From Deltaproteobacteria bacterium (GTDB lineage Bacteria > Myxococcota_A > UBA9160 > SMWR01): a stretch of 64,000 nt of DNA. Positions 55,654-64,000 of this stretch are shown here, in pieces. Each line of letters opens with the position of its first letter. The stretch's first letter is position 1. The DNA lies in the NCBI GenBank assembly GCA_032128115.1, contig JAQBHB010000093.1, forward strand, positions 64,001 to 128,000, written 5' to 3'. Below the pieces are notes generated by a model. It was not told the origin of the DNA. It saw only the letters and a list, made by a program, of their open reading frames with translations, and did not search any database. Both the position numbers and the translations under genes were made by a program.

Positions 55654-57393
55654 ATGGAATCGGCGGTTCGAGTCTGGCTCGCACAGCAGTGCGAGATGAT
55701 GCCCGGTGTCACCCGGGGCCTGGTGGTCGTGCGCGCGCCGGAAGGCGACGCCATCGTTCCCGCCGCCCAGTGGCCCGACGCCAAGGGGGACGTACGCGAA
55801 CTGGCCGCCGTGGCCGGCCTCGCCATCCGAAAGGGGCGGACGCTGGCCCAGGCGGGGCCCGATGGAGCGAGCTGGGTGGCCGTCCCCTTCGGCAGCGCCA
55901 ATTCCCAGGTCGGCGTCGTAGTGCTCGAGCTGGAGAAGGGCGGCGAAGAGGACGCCAGGGACGCCATCGAGGATGTGCGTCTCGGCATTGCCTGGCTCGA
56001 GGTCATCAAGAAGCGCGACGCGGCGAAAGAGCGCCTGGTGGCGGTCCTCGAGTTCGTGAGCCTGGCTGTGGAGCAAGAGCGCGGGTCGGCGGGCACCACG
56101 GCGGTCGCCACCGAGATGGCCACACGCCTGGGGTTCGACCGGGTGAGTCTGGGTTTCTCGCGGCGCGGGCGCGTGACGGTGGAAGCCCTCTCCCACAGCG
56201 CCACGTTCGATCGCAAGGCCAACCTGATTCGAGACCTGTCGCGGGCGATGGAAGAGGCCTGTGATCAGGACGCGGTGATCCTGCATCCGGAGCCGCAGGG
56301 AGTGACGCCACGGATCGCGCGCGAGCACCAGCAGCTGGCCCGGAAATACGGGGCGCACAGCGCGTGCACGGTGCCCATGGCCGTGGCGGGAAAGGTGATG
56401 GGAGCCTTCACCTTCGAACGGGCGACTCCGCTGCCCATCACGACCGACACGATCCAGCTGTGCGAGGACGCGGTGGCGTTGGTGGGCCCCCTCCTGCAGC
56501 TGCGGCACGCCCACGAGACGCGGGCCTGGGACCGCATGCGCGACTGGCTGGCCCAGCATGCGGCGAAGCTCTTTGGGCCCCACCACCCGACCCTCAAGCT
56601 CGTGGCCTCGACGCTCACCCTGCTGGTGGCGTTTCTGGCCCTGGCCCGCGCCGACTACCGCGTGGTAGCCGACGCCACCCTGGAGGGGCGAGTCCAACGC
56701 GCCATCGTTGCGGGACTGGACGGATACATTGCGGAGGCCCACGCCCGCGCCGGCGACCTGGTGCAGGCGGGGCAGATGCTGGGGCGCCTGGACGAACGCG
56801 ACCTGGCGCTCGAGCAGCGCAAGCTCGTGGCCCTGCGCGAACAGTTCCGAACCGAATCTCGCGAAGCCCTGGCGGGTCACGACCGCATCCAGGTCAATAT
56901 CTTGAGCGCCAAGCTGGCCCAGGCGGATGCCGAGCTCGACCTCATCACCGAACAGCTGCAGCGCACGCTGTTGGTGGCACCGTTCGAGGGCGTCGTGGTG
57001 CGCGGCGACCTGAGTCAATCGCTGGGGTCGCCCGTCGAGCGTGGCGAGGTGCTGTTCGAGATCGCTCCGCTGGACGGCTACCGGATCATCCTGAAGGTCG
57101 ACGAGCGTCAGATTTCCGATGTGGCGGTGGGCGCGAGCGGGCGGCTCGCGCTGTCGGCCATGCCCGGCAGCCCGCTGCCGCTCACGGTCCAGAAGGTGAC
57201 TCCGGTGTCGGTGGCCGAGGAGGGACGAAACTACTTCCGCGTCGAAGCCCGACTCGAACGCGGGGCCGAGTCGCTGCGGCCGGGCATGGAGGGCATCGCC
57301 AAGATCGACGTGGACCGTCGCTCGCTGTTCTGGATCATGACCCACGAGCTGGCCGACTGGCTGCGCCTGTGGGTCTGGTCCTGGTCGCTCTAG
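55654..57393 (+). CDS. GAF-domain HlyD-family periplasmic adaptor (membrane fusion protein)
   Basis: Cytoplasmic GAF-like region (DRVSLG, ALSHSATFD, AMEEACDQ, CTVPM), one TM segment, then lipoyl-like GDLVQAGQMLGRLD, a coiled coil and APFEGVV..GSPVERGEVLFEIA. Confidence 0.85.
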   Translation: MESAVRVWLAQQCEMMPGVTRGLVVVRAPEGDAIVPAAQWPDAKGDVRELAAVAGLAIRKGRTLAQAGPDGASWVAVPFGSANSQVGVVVLELEKGGEEDARDAIEDVRLGIAWLEVIKKRDAAKERLVAVLEFVSLAVEQERGSAGTTAVATEMATRLGFDRVSLGFSRRGRVTVEALSHSATFDRKANLIRDLSRAMEEACDQDAVILHPEPQGVTPRIAREHQQLARKYGAHSACTVPMAVAGKVMGAFTFERATPLPITTDTIQLCEDAVALVGPLLQLRHAHETRAWDRMRDWLAQHAAKLFGPHHPTLKLVASTLTLLVAFLALARADYRVVADATLEGRVQRAIVAGLDGYIAEAHARAGDLVQAGQMLGRLDERDLALEQRKLVALREQFRTESREALAGHDRIQVNILSAKLAQADAELDLITEQLQRTLLVAPFEGVVVRGDLSQSLGSPVERGEVLFEIAPLDGYRIILKVDERQISDVAVGASGRLALSAMPGSPLPLTVQKVTPVSVAEEGRNYFRVEARLERGAESLRPGMEGIAKIDVDRRSLFWIMTHELADWLRLWVWSWSL

Positions 57394-57403
57394 GGCACGC
57401 CGC

Positions 57404-59551
57404 GTGTCGGACGCCCTGCTCAGTCCCTCCTGGTACCGGGTCGCCCGGCTCAAGCCGCGCATTCGCGAGCACGTGGCCTTTCATCGCCACCACTACCGGG
57501 GTCAGCTCTGGTACGTGCTCCAGGATCACGCGACGGCGCGTTGCCACCGCCTGACGCCCGCTGCCTATCAGATGGCGGGCCTGATGAACGGGGAGCGGAC
57601 GGCCAACGAGATCTGGGAGGCGGTTTCCACCGAACTCGGCGACGAGGGCCCCACCCAGGACGAGATGATCCGGCTTCTCGGTCTGCTCCACTTCGCCGAC
57701 GTGCTCCAGAGCGACGTCACCCCCGACACCATGGAGATCCTGCGTCGCTCCCAACGGCGCGACGGGGGCGAGTCGTGGCGTCGCTACGCCAATCCAGTCT
57801 CCATCAAGTTCCCGCTCTTCGATCCGGACGATTTTCTGGAGCGCTGGCTCCCGCTGGTGCGGCCGTTGTTCTCGTGGCCTGCTGCGGTGGTGTGGTGCAG
57901 CGTGGTGATCACGGCGATCGTGATGGCGGCTTCCCACGCGTCGGAACTTGCGGCCAGTCCGCCGTCCGAGCTTTTCGACCCGGGCAACTTCGTGCTGCTC
58001 TGGTTCGTATACCCGATGATCAAGGCCTTGCACGAGCTGGGTCACGCCTTCGCCACCAAGTTCTGGGGCGGCGAGGTCCACGAGGTAGGGATCCTGTTCC
58101 TGGTGTTTGCGCCGATTCCCTACGTAGATGCGTCGGCCGCCACCGTGTTTCCGGAGAAGGCGCGGCGCGTGGCGGTGAGCGCCGCCGGCGTGGGGGTCGA
58201 GGTCTTCCTGGCTGCGGTGGCGCTGATCGTGTGGTTGAACATCGAACCGGGGCTGGTGCGCTCGATTGCCTTCGACGTGATGTGGATCGGCACCGTATCG
58301 ACGCTGCTGTTCAACGGCAATCCGCTGATGCGCTTCGACGGCTACTACGTGCTGGCGGACCTGATCGAGATCCCGAACCTGAATGGTCGTTCCCGGGAGT
58401 ACATGATCCACCTGGCCATGAAATATCTGATGGGCGTCAAGCAGACCCGCAACCCGGTCAATGCGCCGGGCGAGGCGCGTTGGTTCATCGCTTACGCGGT
58501 GCCGGCCTCGATCTATCGCCTCTTCATCACATTCGGAATCGCCCTCTACCTGTCGGGGCGCTTTTTCGTCGTGGGCGTGCTGTTGGCGCTCGTTGCCCTG
58601 GTGATGCAGACCCTGGTTCCGTTGGGCCGTTTGATTTCGTTCGTCCTCACGAGCCAACGGCTGGCTCAGGTTCGGAGCCGCGCCGTGTTGACGAGCATCG
58701 CCATCGCTGGCGGCTCGATGATCCTGTTCCTGATGGTGCCGATTCCGTTGCGAACCATGGCGGAGGGCGTGGTGTGGCCGCCCGAGGGGGCCCAGGTCCG
58801 GGCGGGGGCCGACGGCTTCGTGGTGCAGGTGCTTGCGACACCGCAGACCTTCGTGAGGCGGGGCGACCCGCTGGTCCTGACCCGCGACCCCACGCTGGAA
58901 ACCCGGGTGCGAATCCTCGAGGGGCAACTGCGCGAGTTGCAGGCCCGCTACCACGGCGAGCAGATCTCGGATCTGGTCCGATCCCAGATCACCGAGGACG
59001 AGATCCGATCGGTGGAGGCTTCGCTGGCGCTGGCGCGCGAGCGCGTGGGGGATGTCCTGATCCGGAGCCCTGGAGAGGGGACCTTCGTGGTGGCCCAGGC
59101 CATGGATCTGGCGGATCGCTACGTGAACCAGGGCGAACTGATCGGCTACGTGGTGGGAGCCGCGATCACCACGGCCCGGGTCGTCGTGCCCCAGTCGTAT
59201 GCCAACCTGGTGCGGGAGCACACCCAAGGCGTCGACCTGCGTCTGGCCAGTCGTGTGGGCGACGTCCTCGCGTCGACGATCCTGCGCGAGGTGCCCGCGG
59301 CCACCGATCGGCTCCCGAATCCGGCGCTGGGCAGCGCGGGCGGCGGCCGACTCGCGATCGACCCGGCGGATCCCGAGAGGTTGACAACCCTCGAAACCGT
59401 ATTCCAGCTGGATGTCACCATCCCGGCGGCGGCCAACGTGCGCGAGATCGGTGGGCGTGTGTACGTGCGTTTCGATCACGGTACCGAGCCGGTGGCACTG
59501 CGCACCTATCGCGCCATGCGCCGCCTGTTCCTGAGGCAGATCGGTGTCTAG
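57404..59551 (+). CDS. M50 (site-2) metalloprotease fused to a HlyD-type adaptor, with an N-terminal PqqD/RRE-like domain
   Basis: HELGH, AAGVGVE and FNGNPLMRFDGYY (NxxPxxxxDG); C-terminal VRRGDPL, a coiled coil and IRSPGEG. Confidence 0.87.
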   Translation: MSDALLSPSWYRVARLKPRIREHVAFHRHHYRGQLWYVLQDHATARCHRLTPAAYQMAGLMNGERTANEIWEAVSTELGDEGPTQDEMIRLLGLLHFADVLQSDVTPDTMEILRRSQRRDGGESWRRYANPVSIKFPLFDPDDFLERWLPLVRPLFSWPAAVVWCSVVITAIVMAASHASELAASPPSELFDPGNFVLLWFVYPMIKALHELGHAFATKFWGGEVHEVGILFLVFAPIPYVDASAATVFPEKARRVAVSAAGVGVEVFLAAVALIVWLNIEPGLVRSIAFDVMWIGTVSTLLFNGNPLMRFDGYYVLADLIEIPNLNGRSREYMIHLAMKYLMGVKQTRNPVNAPGEARWFIAYAVPASIYRLFITFGIALYLSGRFFVVGVLLALVALVMQTLVPLGRLISFVLTSQRLAQVRSRAVLTSIAIAGGSMILFLMVPIPLRTMAEGVVWPPEGAQVRAGADGFVVQVLATPQTFVRRGDPLVLTRDPTLETRVRILEGQLRELQARYHGEQISDLVRSQITEDEIRSVEASLALARERVGDVLIRSPGEGTFVVAQAMDLADRYVNQGELIGYVVGAAITTARVVVPQSYANLVREHTQGVDLRLASRVGDVLASTILREVPAATDRLPNPALGSAGGGRLAIDPADPERLTTLETVFQLDVTIPAAANVREIGGRVYVRFDHGTEPVALRTYRAMRRLFLRQIGV

Positions 59552-61535
59552 CACGGCGCTGCGTCCTGGAATCGCCCACGGCACCTATCCGGAGCGGGAC
59601 GTGGAGCGGACGAACGCGGTAGAGCGCGCCGTGCAGGGGCTGGTGGGCGCCGTGGGGCGCCGGCGCGGCTCGAGCCCATCCCATCTGGCGGCTTTCGTTC
59701 GCTCGGTAGAGGCGTGCGGATCCGACCTTCGTCAGATCTCCCAGGACGGCTTCGAAGCCCGGGTGCGCGAGCTGCGTCAGCGACTGGGTGTCGGCGGCAT
59801 TACCGATGAGCTGATTCCGCCGGCCTTCGCCCTGGTGCGAGAGGCCTCGAGGCGCGCCCTGGGCATGGCGCACTATCGGGTCCAGCTGGTGGGTGGCTGG
59901 GTGCTGGCGCGAGGAATGTTGGCGGAAATGGAGACGGGCGAAGGCAAGACCCTGACCGCCACCCTGCCCGCGTGCACCGCGGCACTGGCCGGTATCCCGG
60001 TGCATGTGGTCTCGGCCAATGACTACCTGGTGGAACGCGACGCGGAATCCATGCGCCCGATCTACGAGGCCATGGGGCTGAGCGTCGGTGCCGTGTGTGA
60101 TCGCGAGAAGGACGTTTCGCTGCGCCGGGCAGCCTACGCCTGTGACATCACCTACGGCACCGCCCAGCAGATCGCGTTCGACTACCTGCGCGATGGGCTC
60201 GAGCGCGGCAAGCACCGCGGTCGCCTCCCAATGCAGCTCGAGCGCCTGTACCAGGACACCCCCAGCTCCGGGCGTCTGCTGCTGCGCGGTCTGTGCTTCG
60301 CGATCATCGACGAGGTAGACAGCGTGCTCATCGACGAGGCCCGCACCCCACTCATCCTTTCGGTGTCGGGCTCGGGGAGCGAGCAACGACGCATCTACCG
60401 CACGGCCATGCGGCTGGCGCGCGCGCTCGAGTCTGGAATCCACTTCCGTGTGGGAGGGCAGGGGCAGGTGGATCTCACCGATGCAGGCCATGAGCGTCTG
60501 GAGGAGCTGGCCCGCCCCCTCAAGGGTTTCTGGACCGGTCCCAAACGCCGAGAGGAGTGGGTGGGCAAGGCCCTCAGCGCGCTCCACGTGTTCGTGCGCG
60601 ATCAACACTATCTGGTGCGAGAGGACAAGGTGCAGATCATCGACCAGTCCACGGGTCGCATCTCGCCGGATCGCTCCTGGCAGGGCGGGATCCACCAGTT
60701 GATCGAGCTGAAAGAGGACTGCGAGCTCACGCCAGAGAAGGAGACCCTCGCGCGCATCAGCTATCAGCAGTTCTTCCGGCGCTACCTGCGCCTCGCCGGG
60801 ATGACAGGAACTGCGAGCGAGGTTGCCCCGGAGCTCTGGTCCTCGTACCGGCTCAATACGGTCGTGGTGCCCACGCGCAAGCAGGTGGTTCGGCGCCACG
60901 CGGGCACGCGCGTGTTCGCCGGCGACGAGGCCCGATGGAAGGCGGTGGTGCGCAACGTCCGCGACTGCCACCGGCGCGGTCAGCCGGTGCTGGTGGGCAC
61001 GGCTTCCGTGGGGGCGTCCGAGCACCTGAGCCGGCTGCTGGGCCAGGCCGGGCTGCCCCACCAGGTCCTGAATGCCCGCCACGATGCAGAAGAGGCGTCG
61101 ATCGTGGCCGATGCGGGCGCACTGGGGCGCATCACGGTGGCCACCAACATGGCGGGGCGGGGCACCGACATCGCGCTGGCGCCGGGGGTCCTTTCGCGGG
61201 GCGGCCTGCACGTGATCTCGACCCAGCGCAGCGACGCACGCCGCATCGACCGGCAACTCTTCGGCCGATGTGCCCGGCAGGGCGACCCGGGCAGTTACGA
61301 ATGCGTCTACTCGCTGGAGGACGAGCCGGTGGCGCGATTCTTCCCCGCGGGGCTGCTGCGTTCCCTCGCCGCATTCGCAAAAGCCAACCGGGCGCTCGCT
61401 ACCTGGCTGGGAGAACTGCTCACGTCCTTGCCCCAGAGGGCCGAAGAGAGACGACACGTTCGGATGAGGCGAAGCGTGGTCGATCTCGAGGAGTACCTCG
61501 GTGACCTTCTCGCTTTCTCCGGACCCACGGAGTAG
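59544..61535 (+). CDS. Accessory SecA paralog (motor domains only, 663 aa)
   Basis: AEMETGEGKT, NDYLVERD, FDYLRD, IDEVDSVLIDEARTPLI, GMTGTA, GQPVLVGT, ATNMAGRGTDI and RRIDRQLFGRCARQGDPG; the protein ends shortly after SLED. Confidence 0.92.
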   Translation: MSSTALRPGIAHGTYPERDVERTNAVERAVQGLVGAVGRRRGSSPSHLAAFVRSVEACGSDLRQISQDGFEARVRELRQRLGVGGITDELIPPAFALVREASRRALGMAHYRVQLVGGWVLARGMLAEMETGEGKTLTATLPACTAALAGIPVHVVSANDYLVERDAESMRPIYEAMGLSVGAVCDREKDVSLRRAAYACDITYGTAQQIAFDYLRDGLERGKHRGRLPMQLERLYQDTPSSGRLLLRGLCFAIIDEVDSVLIDEARTPLILSVSGSGSEQRRIYRTAMRLARALESGIHFRVGGQGQVDLTDAGHERLEELARPLKGFWTGPKRREEWVGKALSALHVFVRDQHYLVREDKVQIIDQSTGRISPDRSWQGGIHQLIELKEDCELTPEKETLARISYQQFFRRYLRLAGMTGTASEVAPELWSSYRLNTVVVPTRKQVVRRHAGTRVFAGDEARWKAVVRNVRDCHRRGQPVLVGTASVGASEHLSRLLGQAGLPHQVLNARHDAEEASIVADAGALGRITVATNMAGRGTDIALAPGVLSRGGLHVISTQRSDARRIDRQLFGRCARQGDPGSYECVYSLEDEPVARFFPAGLLRSLAAFAKANRALATWLGELLTSLPQRAEERRHVRMRRSVVDLEEYLGDLLAFSGPTE

Positions 61536-61545
61536 GAGCCACACG

Positions 61546-62598
61546 GTGCAGCTCCCGCAGAACCGGTTGTTGCGACACGCGATTCGCTTCCTGCCGCCGA
61601 TCGCGGTGGTGGTGGCCGCGGCAGTTCTCCTGGGCCCGGGCTTCGCCGGGTTCAGTCGCGACCAGGCGCCCGATCCGAACGACTCGGCCCCGGCTGATAC
61701 CGCATTCGATCAACCGTTCGACCCGGGCGCGGCGCCCAGCAGCCCGGTGGTCCTGGCGGCCCCGGCACCCGAGGTGCAGCGCGCAGCGGCCCCGGCCGCT
61801 CCGGCGCGGCATCGAGAGCGCGTGCCCGCAGCCAGTTCCATCAGCCTCGACAACCTGTCCGATCCGCTCGACTGCATCATCGAACCGTACGAGGTGGTAG
61901 AGATCGGGAGTCCGGTCACCGGTGTGATCCAGACGCTGCGTGTGGAGCGCGGAGATACCGTCGAGGCCGGGCAGATCCTGGCCGAGCTCGAGTCCGGCGT
62001 CGAGAAGGCGGCCGTGGCGCTCGCTCGCGTGCGGGCGAAGATGGACGGAGAGGTGCAGTCACGCGAGGTCCGATTTGGCCTGGGTGATCGCCGCCACGAG
62101 CGCGCCGACGAGCTGTTCGAACGCAACGCCTTGTCCCTGGACGAGCGCGAACAGCTGGAGACCGACCGCGAACTGGCCCGCCTCGAGCTCAAGCAGGCCC
62201 GAGAGAACAAGCGCGTGGCGGAACTCGAGCTTCACCAGGCCGTCGAAGCCCTGGATCGGCGGACGATTCGGAGCCCGATCTCGGGTGTCGTTGTCGAGCG
62301 CCTGATGTCACCGGGCGAGGTGGTGGACGAGGAGACCATACTCACCATCGCGCAGATCGATCCCCTGCGTGTCGAGGTGATTCTTCCCTCGGGAATGTTT
62401 GGCACGGTGGCACGCGGAACCGAAGCCGTGGTGTCGCCGGAGCTGCAGGGCGAGCAGGTGCAGTTGGCGTCCGTCACCATCGTCGATCGCGTGCTCGACG
62501 CCGCCAGCGGAACCTTCGGCGTGCGTCTGGAACTCCCCAATCCCGACTACGCCACTCCCGGCGGGCTGCACTGCCAGGTCCGCTTCCGCGGCAAATAG
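61546..62598 (+). CDS. Efflux RND-type periplasmic adaptor subunit
   Basis: N-terminal TM segment, DCIIEP, GSPVTGVI..VERGDTVEAGQILAEL, IRSPISGVV and DAASGTFGVRLELPNPD. GTG at 61546 after AGGAG. Confidence 0.88.
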   Translation: MQLPQNRLLRHAIRFLPPIAVVVAAAVLLGPGFAGFSRDQAPDPNDSAPADTAFDQPFDPGAAPSSPVVLAAPAPEVQRAAAPAAPARHRERVPAASSISLDNLSDPLDCIIEPYEVVEIGSPVTGVIQTLRVERGDTVEAGQILAELESGVEKAAVALARVRAKMDGEVQSREVRFGLGDRRHERADELFERNALSLDEREQLETDRELARLELKQARENKRVAELELHQAVEALDRRTIRSPISGVVVERLMSPGEVVDEETILTIAQIDPLRVEVILPSGMFGTVARGTEAVVSPELQGEQVQLASVTIVDRVLDAASGTFGVRLELPNPDYATPGGLHCQVRFRGK

Positions 62599-62601
62599 GC
62601 C

Positions 62602-64000
62602 ATGTTCTCGAGGTCGCCGGTCCTGCGCATCAGCTCGGGGCTGGTCGCGATGGCGTGCTCGATCCTGGTGGCGCTCGATTTGTTGGGCCTGATTCCCGAG
62701 CCCAGACCGTCGCTGGCCGAGTCCCGATTCAACCTGTGTCGCGACCTCGCAGGCCAGGCCATCAGTGCGGTCGATCACAGCGACTTCAGCGCGGTGCGTT
62801 CCCTGCTCCTGGAGACCGCCCGCAGCGAGGGCGATGTGGATTCGGCCGGCCTCCGCACGGCCGAGGGGCGCCTGCTGGTGGCCACCGAAGGCCACGAGGA
62901 GGCGTGGGAGAAGCAGGAGGACGACGCCCAGACGGCCACCCAGGTAGCAGTTCCCGTCTTCAAGAATGGAAAGCCGTGGGGCCAGGTCGAAGTGCGCTTC
63001 GCCGACCGGACCGGGATCCAGTCGCTGACCGACGTGGTCAACCAACCGGTGATCCTCACGCTGATGTGCTTCTCGCCCTTCGCCTTCCTGGCCTTCTGGT
63101 TCTACATGAAGCGCATCCTGAAACACCTGGACCCCACCGCCGTGATTCCGGCACGGGTGCAGACGGCGCTCAACGTGATGGCGGAAGGCGTGGTTCTGCT
63201 CGACAGCGACGAGCGGATCGTGCTGGCGAACGACGCCTTCTCGAGCCGTGTCGGGCGACCTTCCAGTTCGCTGCTGGGCGCAAAGCTCTCGAGCCTCGAC
63301 TGGCGTCTTCCGAGTGATGTGGAGACCGATCGCCGCTTTCCGTGGCTCGAAGCGCAGGCGCACAGCAAGAGCACCACGGGAATGCGGTTGATCCTCGAGA
63401 CCAAGTCCCACGGCGTGCAGTCGTTCATGGTCAACGGGGCCCCGATCCTGGACGGCGGCGGCTCGGCCAAGGGCGTGATCGCCACGTTCGACGACGTGAC
63501 AGAGCTTCAGCGCACGACGATGGAGTTGCAACTCGCCAACGAGATGCTCGAGAGCGCCAACCAGATGCTCGAGAAGAATCAGGACGAAATCCGGTTGCAG
63601 AACGAGGAACTGGAGCTCCTGGCGCGACGCGATCCGCTCACGGACGTCTCGAACCGGCGCTTCTTCATGACCACCTACGAGGCGAGCTTCAAGAAGGCCC
63701 AGGAAACCGGTCAGCAGATCGCCTGCATCATGGCCGACATCGACCACTTCAAGCGGGTCAACGACAATCACGGCCACGCCATGGGCGACGACGTCATCAA
63801 GCGCGTCGCCGAAGCCCTGAAATCCACGGTGCGCGGAACGGATTCGGTCTGCCGCTACGGCGGTGAGGAGTTCTGCGTCGTGCTGGTAGGCGCGCCGACC
63901 TCCGCCGCCGCTGCCGTGGCGGAGCGGATCCGCCGCAAGATCGAGCAACCCGACTTTGCCCCGGTCCCGGTGACGGCGAGCCTGGGGGTCTCGTCCATCG
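62602..64000 (+). CDS. Membrane-bound PAS-GGDEF diguanylate cyclase; runs off the window end and is absent from the ORF track
   Basis: Manual translation from ATG 62602 gives a TM segment, a periplasmic region, a second TM segment, PAS (MAEGVVLLD..IVLANDAF), a coiled coil, DPLTDVSNRR, DIDHFKRVND.HGH..GD and RGTD-SVCRY-GGEEF (GGEEF at 63859-63873). Confidence 0.92.
   Translation, partial: MFSRSPVLRISSGLVAMACSILVALDLLGLIPEPRPSLAESRFNLCRDLAGQAISAVDHSDFSAVRSLLLETARSEGDVDSAGLRTAEGRLLVATEGHEEAWEKQEDDAQTATQVAVPVFKNGKPWGQVEVRFADRTGIQSLTDVVNQPVILTLMCFSPFAFLAFWFYMKRILKHLDPTAVIPARVQTALNVMAEGVVLLDSDERIVLANDAFSSRVGRPSSSLLGAKLSSLDWRLPSDVETDRRFPWLEAQAHSKSTTGMRLILETKSHGVQSFMVNGAPILDGGGSAKGVIATFDDVTELQRTTMELQLANEMLESANQMLEKNQDEIRLQNEELELLARRDPLTDVSNRRFFMTTYEASFKKAQETGQQIACIMADIDHFKRVNDNHGHAMGDDVIKRVAEALKSTVRGTDSVCRYGGEEFCVVLVGAPTSAAAAVAERIRRKIEQPDFAPVPVTASLGVSSI

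Noticed and set aside
1..64000. tRNA, rRNA, IS elements, prophage genes and Rho-independent terminators
   Set aside because: None were recognised by eye; intergenic gaps are short and no convincing hairpin plus U-tract was seen. tRNAscan-SE and Infernal would be needed to exclude small RNAs.

Overview
GC-rich bacterial chromosomal window; gene content and order suggest a Myxococcota/deltaproteobacterial-type organism (inference). 1-17.2 kb is a housekeeping run on the + strand: pheA (partial), hisC, tyrA, rpsA, ihfB, lapA-like, lapB-like, mutS, amidase, glnD, xerD, tRNA nucleotidyltransferase, scpA, scpB and rluB. aroA and cmk are missing from their usual place, and rluB carries a +1 frameshift in a C5 run. 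17-24.7 kb holds assorted envelope, transport and repair genes. 24.7-40 kb is a dense block of six GT-C-fold membrane glycosyltransferases: a TMTC-like enzyme, four ArnT/PMT-like enzymes and an archaeal-AglB-like STT3 whose WWDYG motif reads PWPIG. The block also has a Thr-type sulfatase-like enzyme and a NoeA-like methyltransferase with a small partner, and an exosortase (XrtH-like) gene pair lies about 2.6 kb downstream. 52-64 kb carries the most unusual module: vWA protein, Sel1/TPR protein, GAF-HlyD adaptor, M50 peptidase-HlyD fusion, C-terminally truncated SecA paralog, a third adaptor, and a PAS-GGDEF diguanylate cyclase missed by the ORF track. No ABC transporter or TolC is in view, which points to a SecA-powered, type-I-like export system (inference). 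No rRNA, tRNA, CRISPR array or mobile element was found. All calls come from motif recognition by eye; no searches were run.
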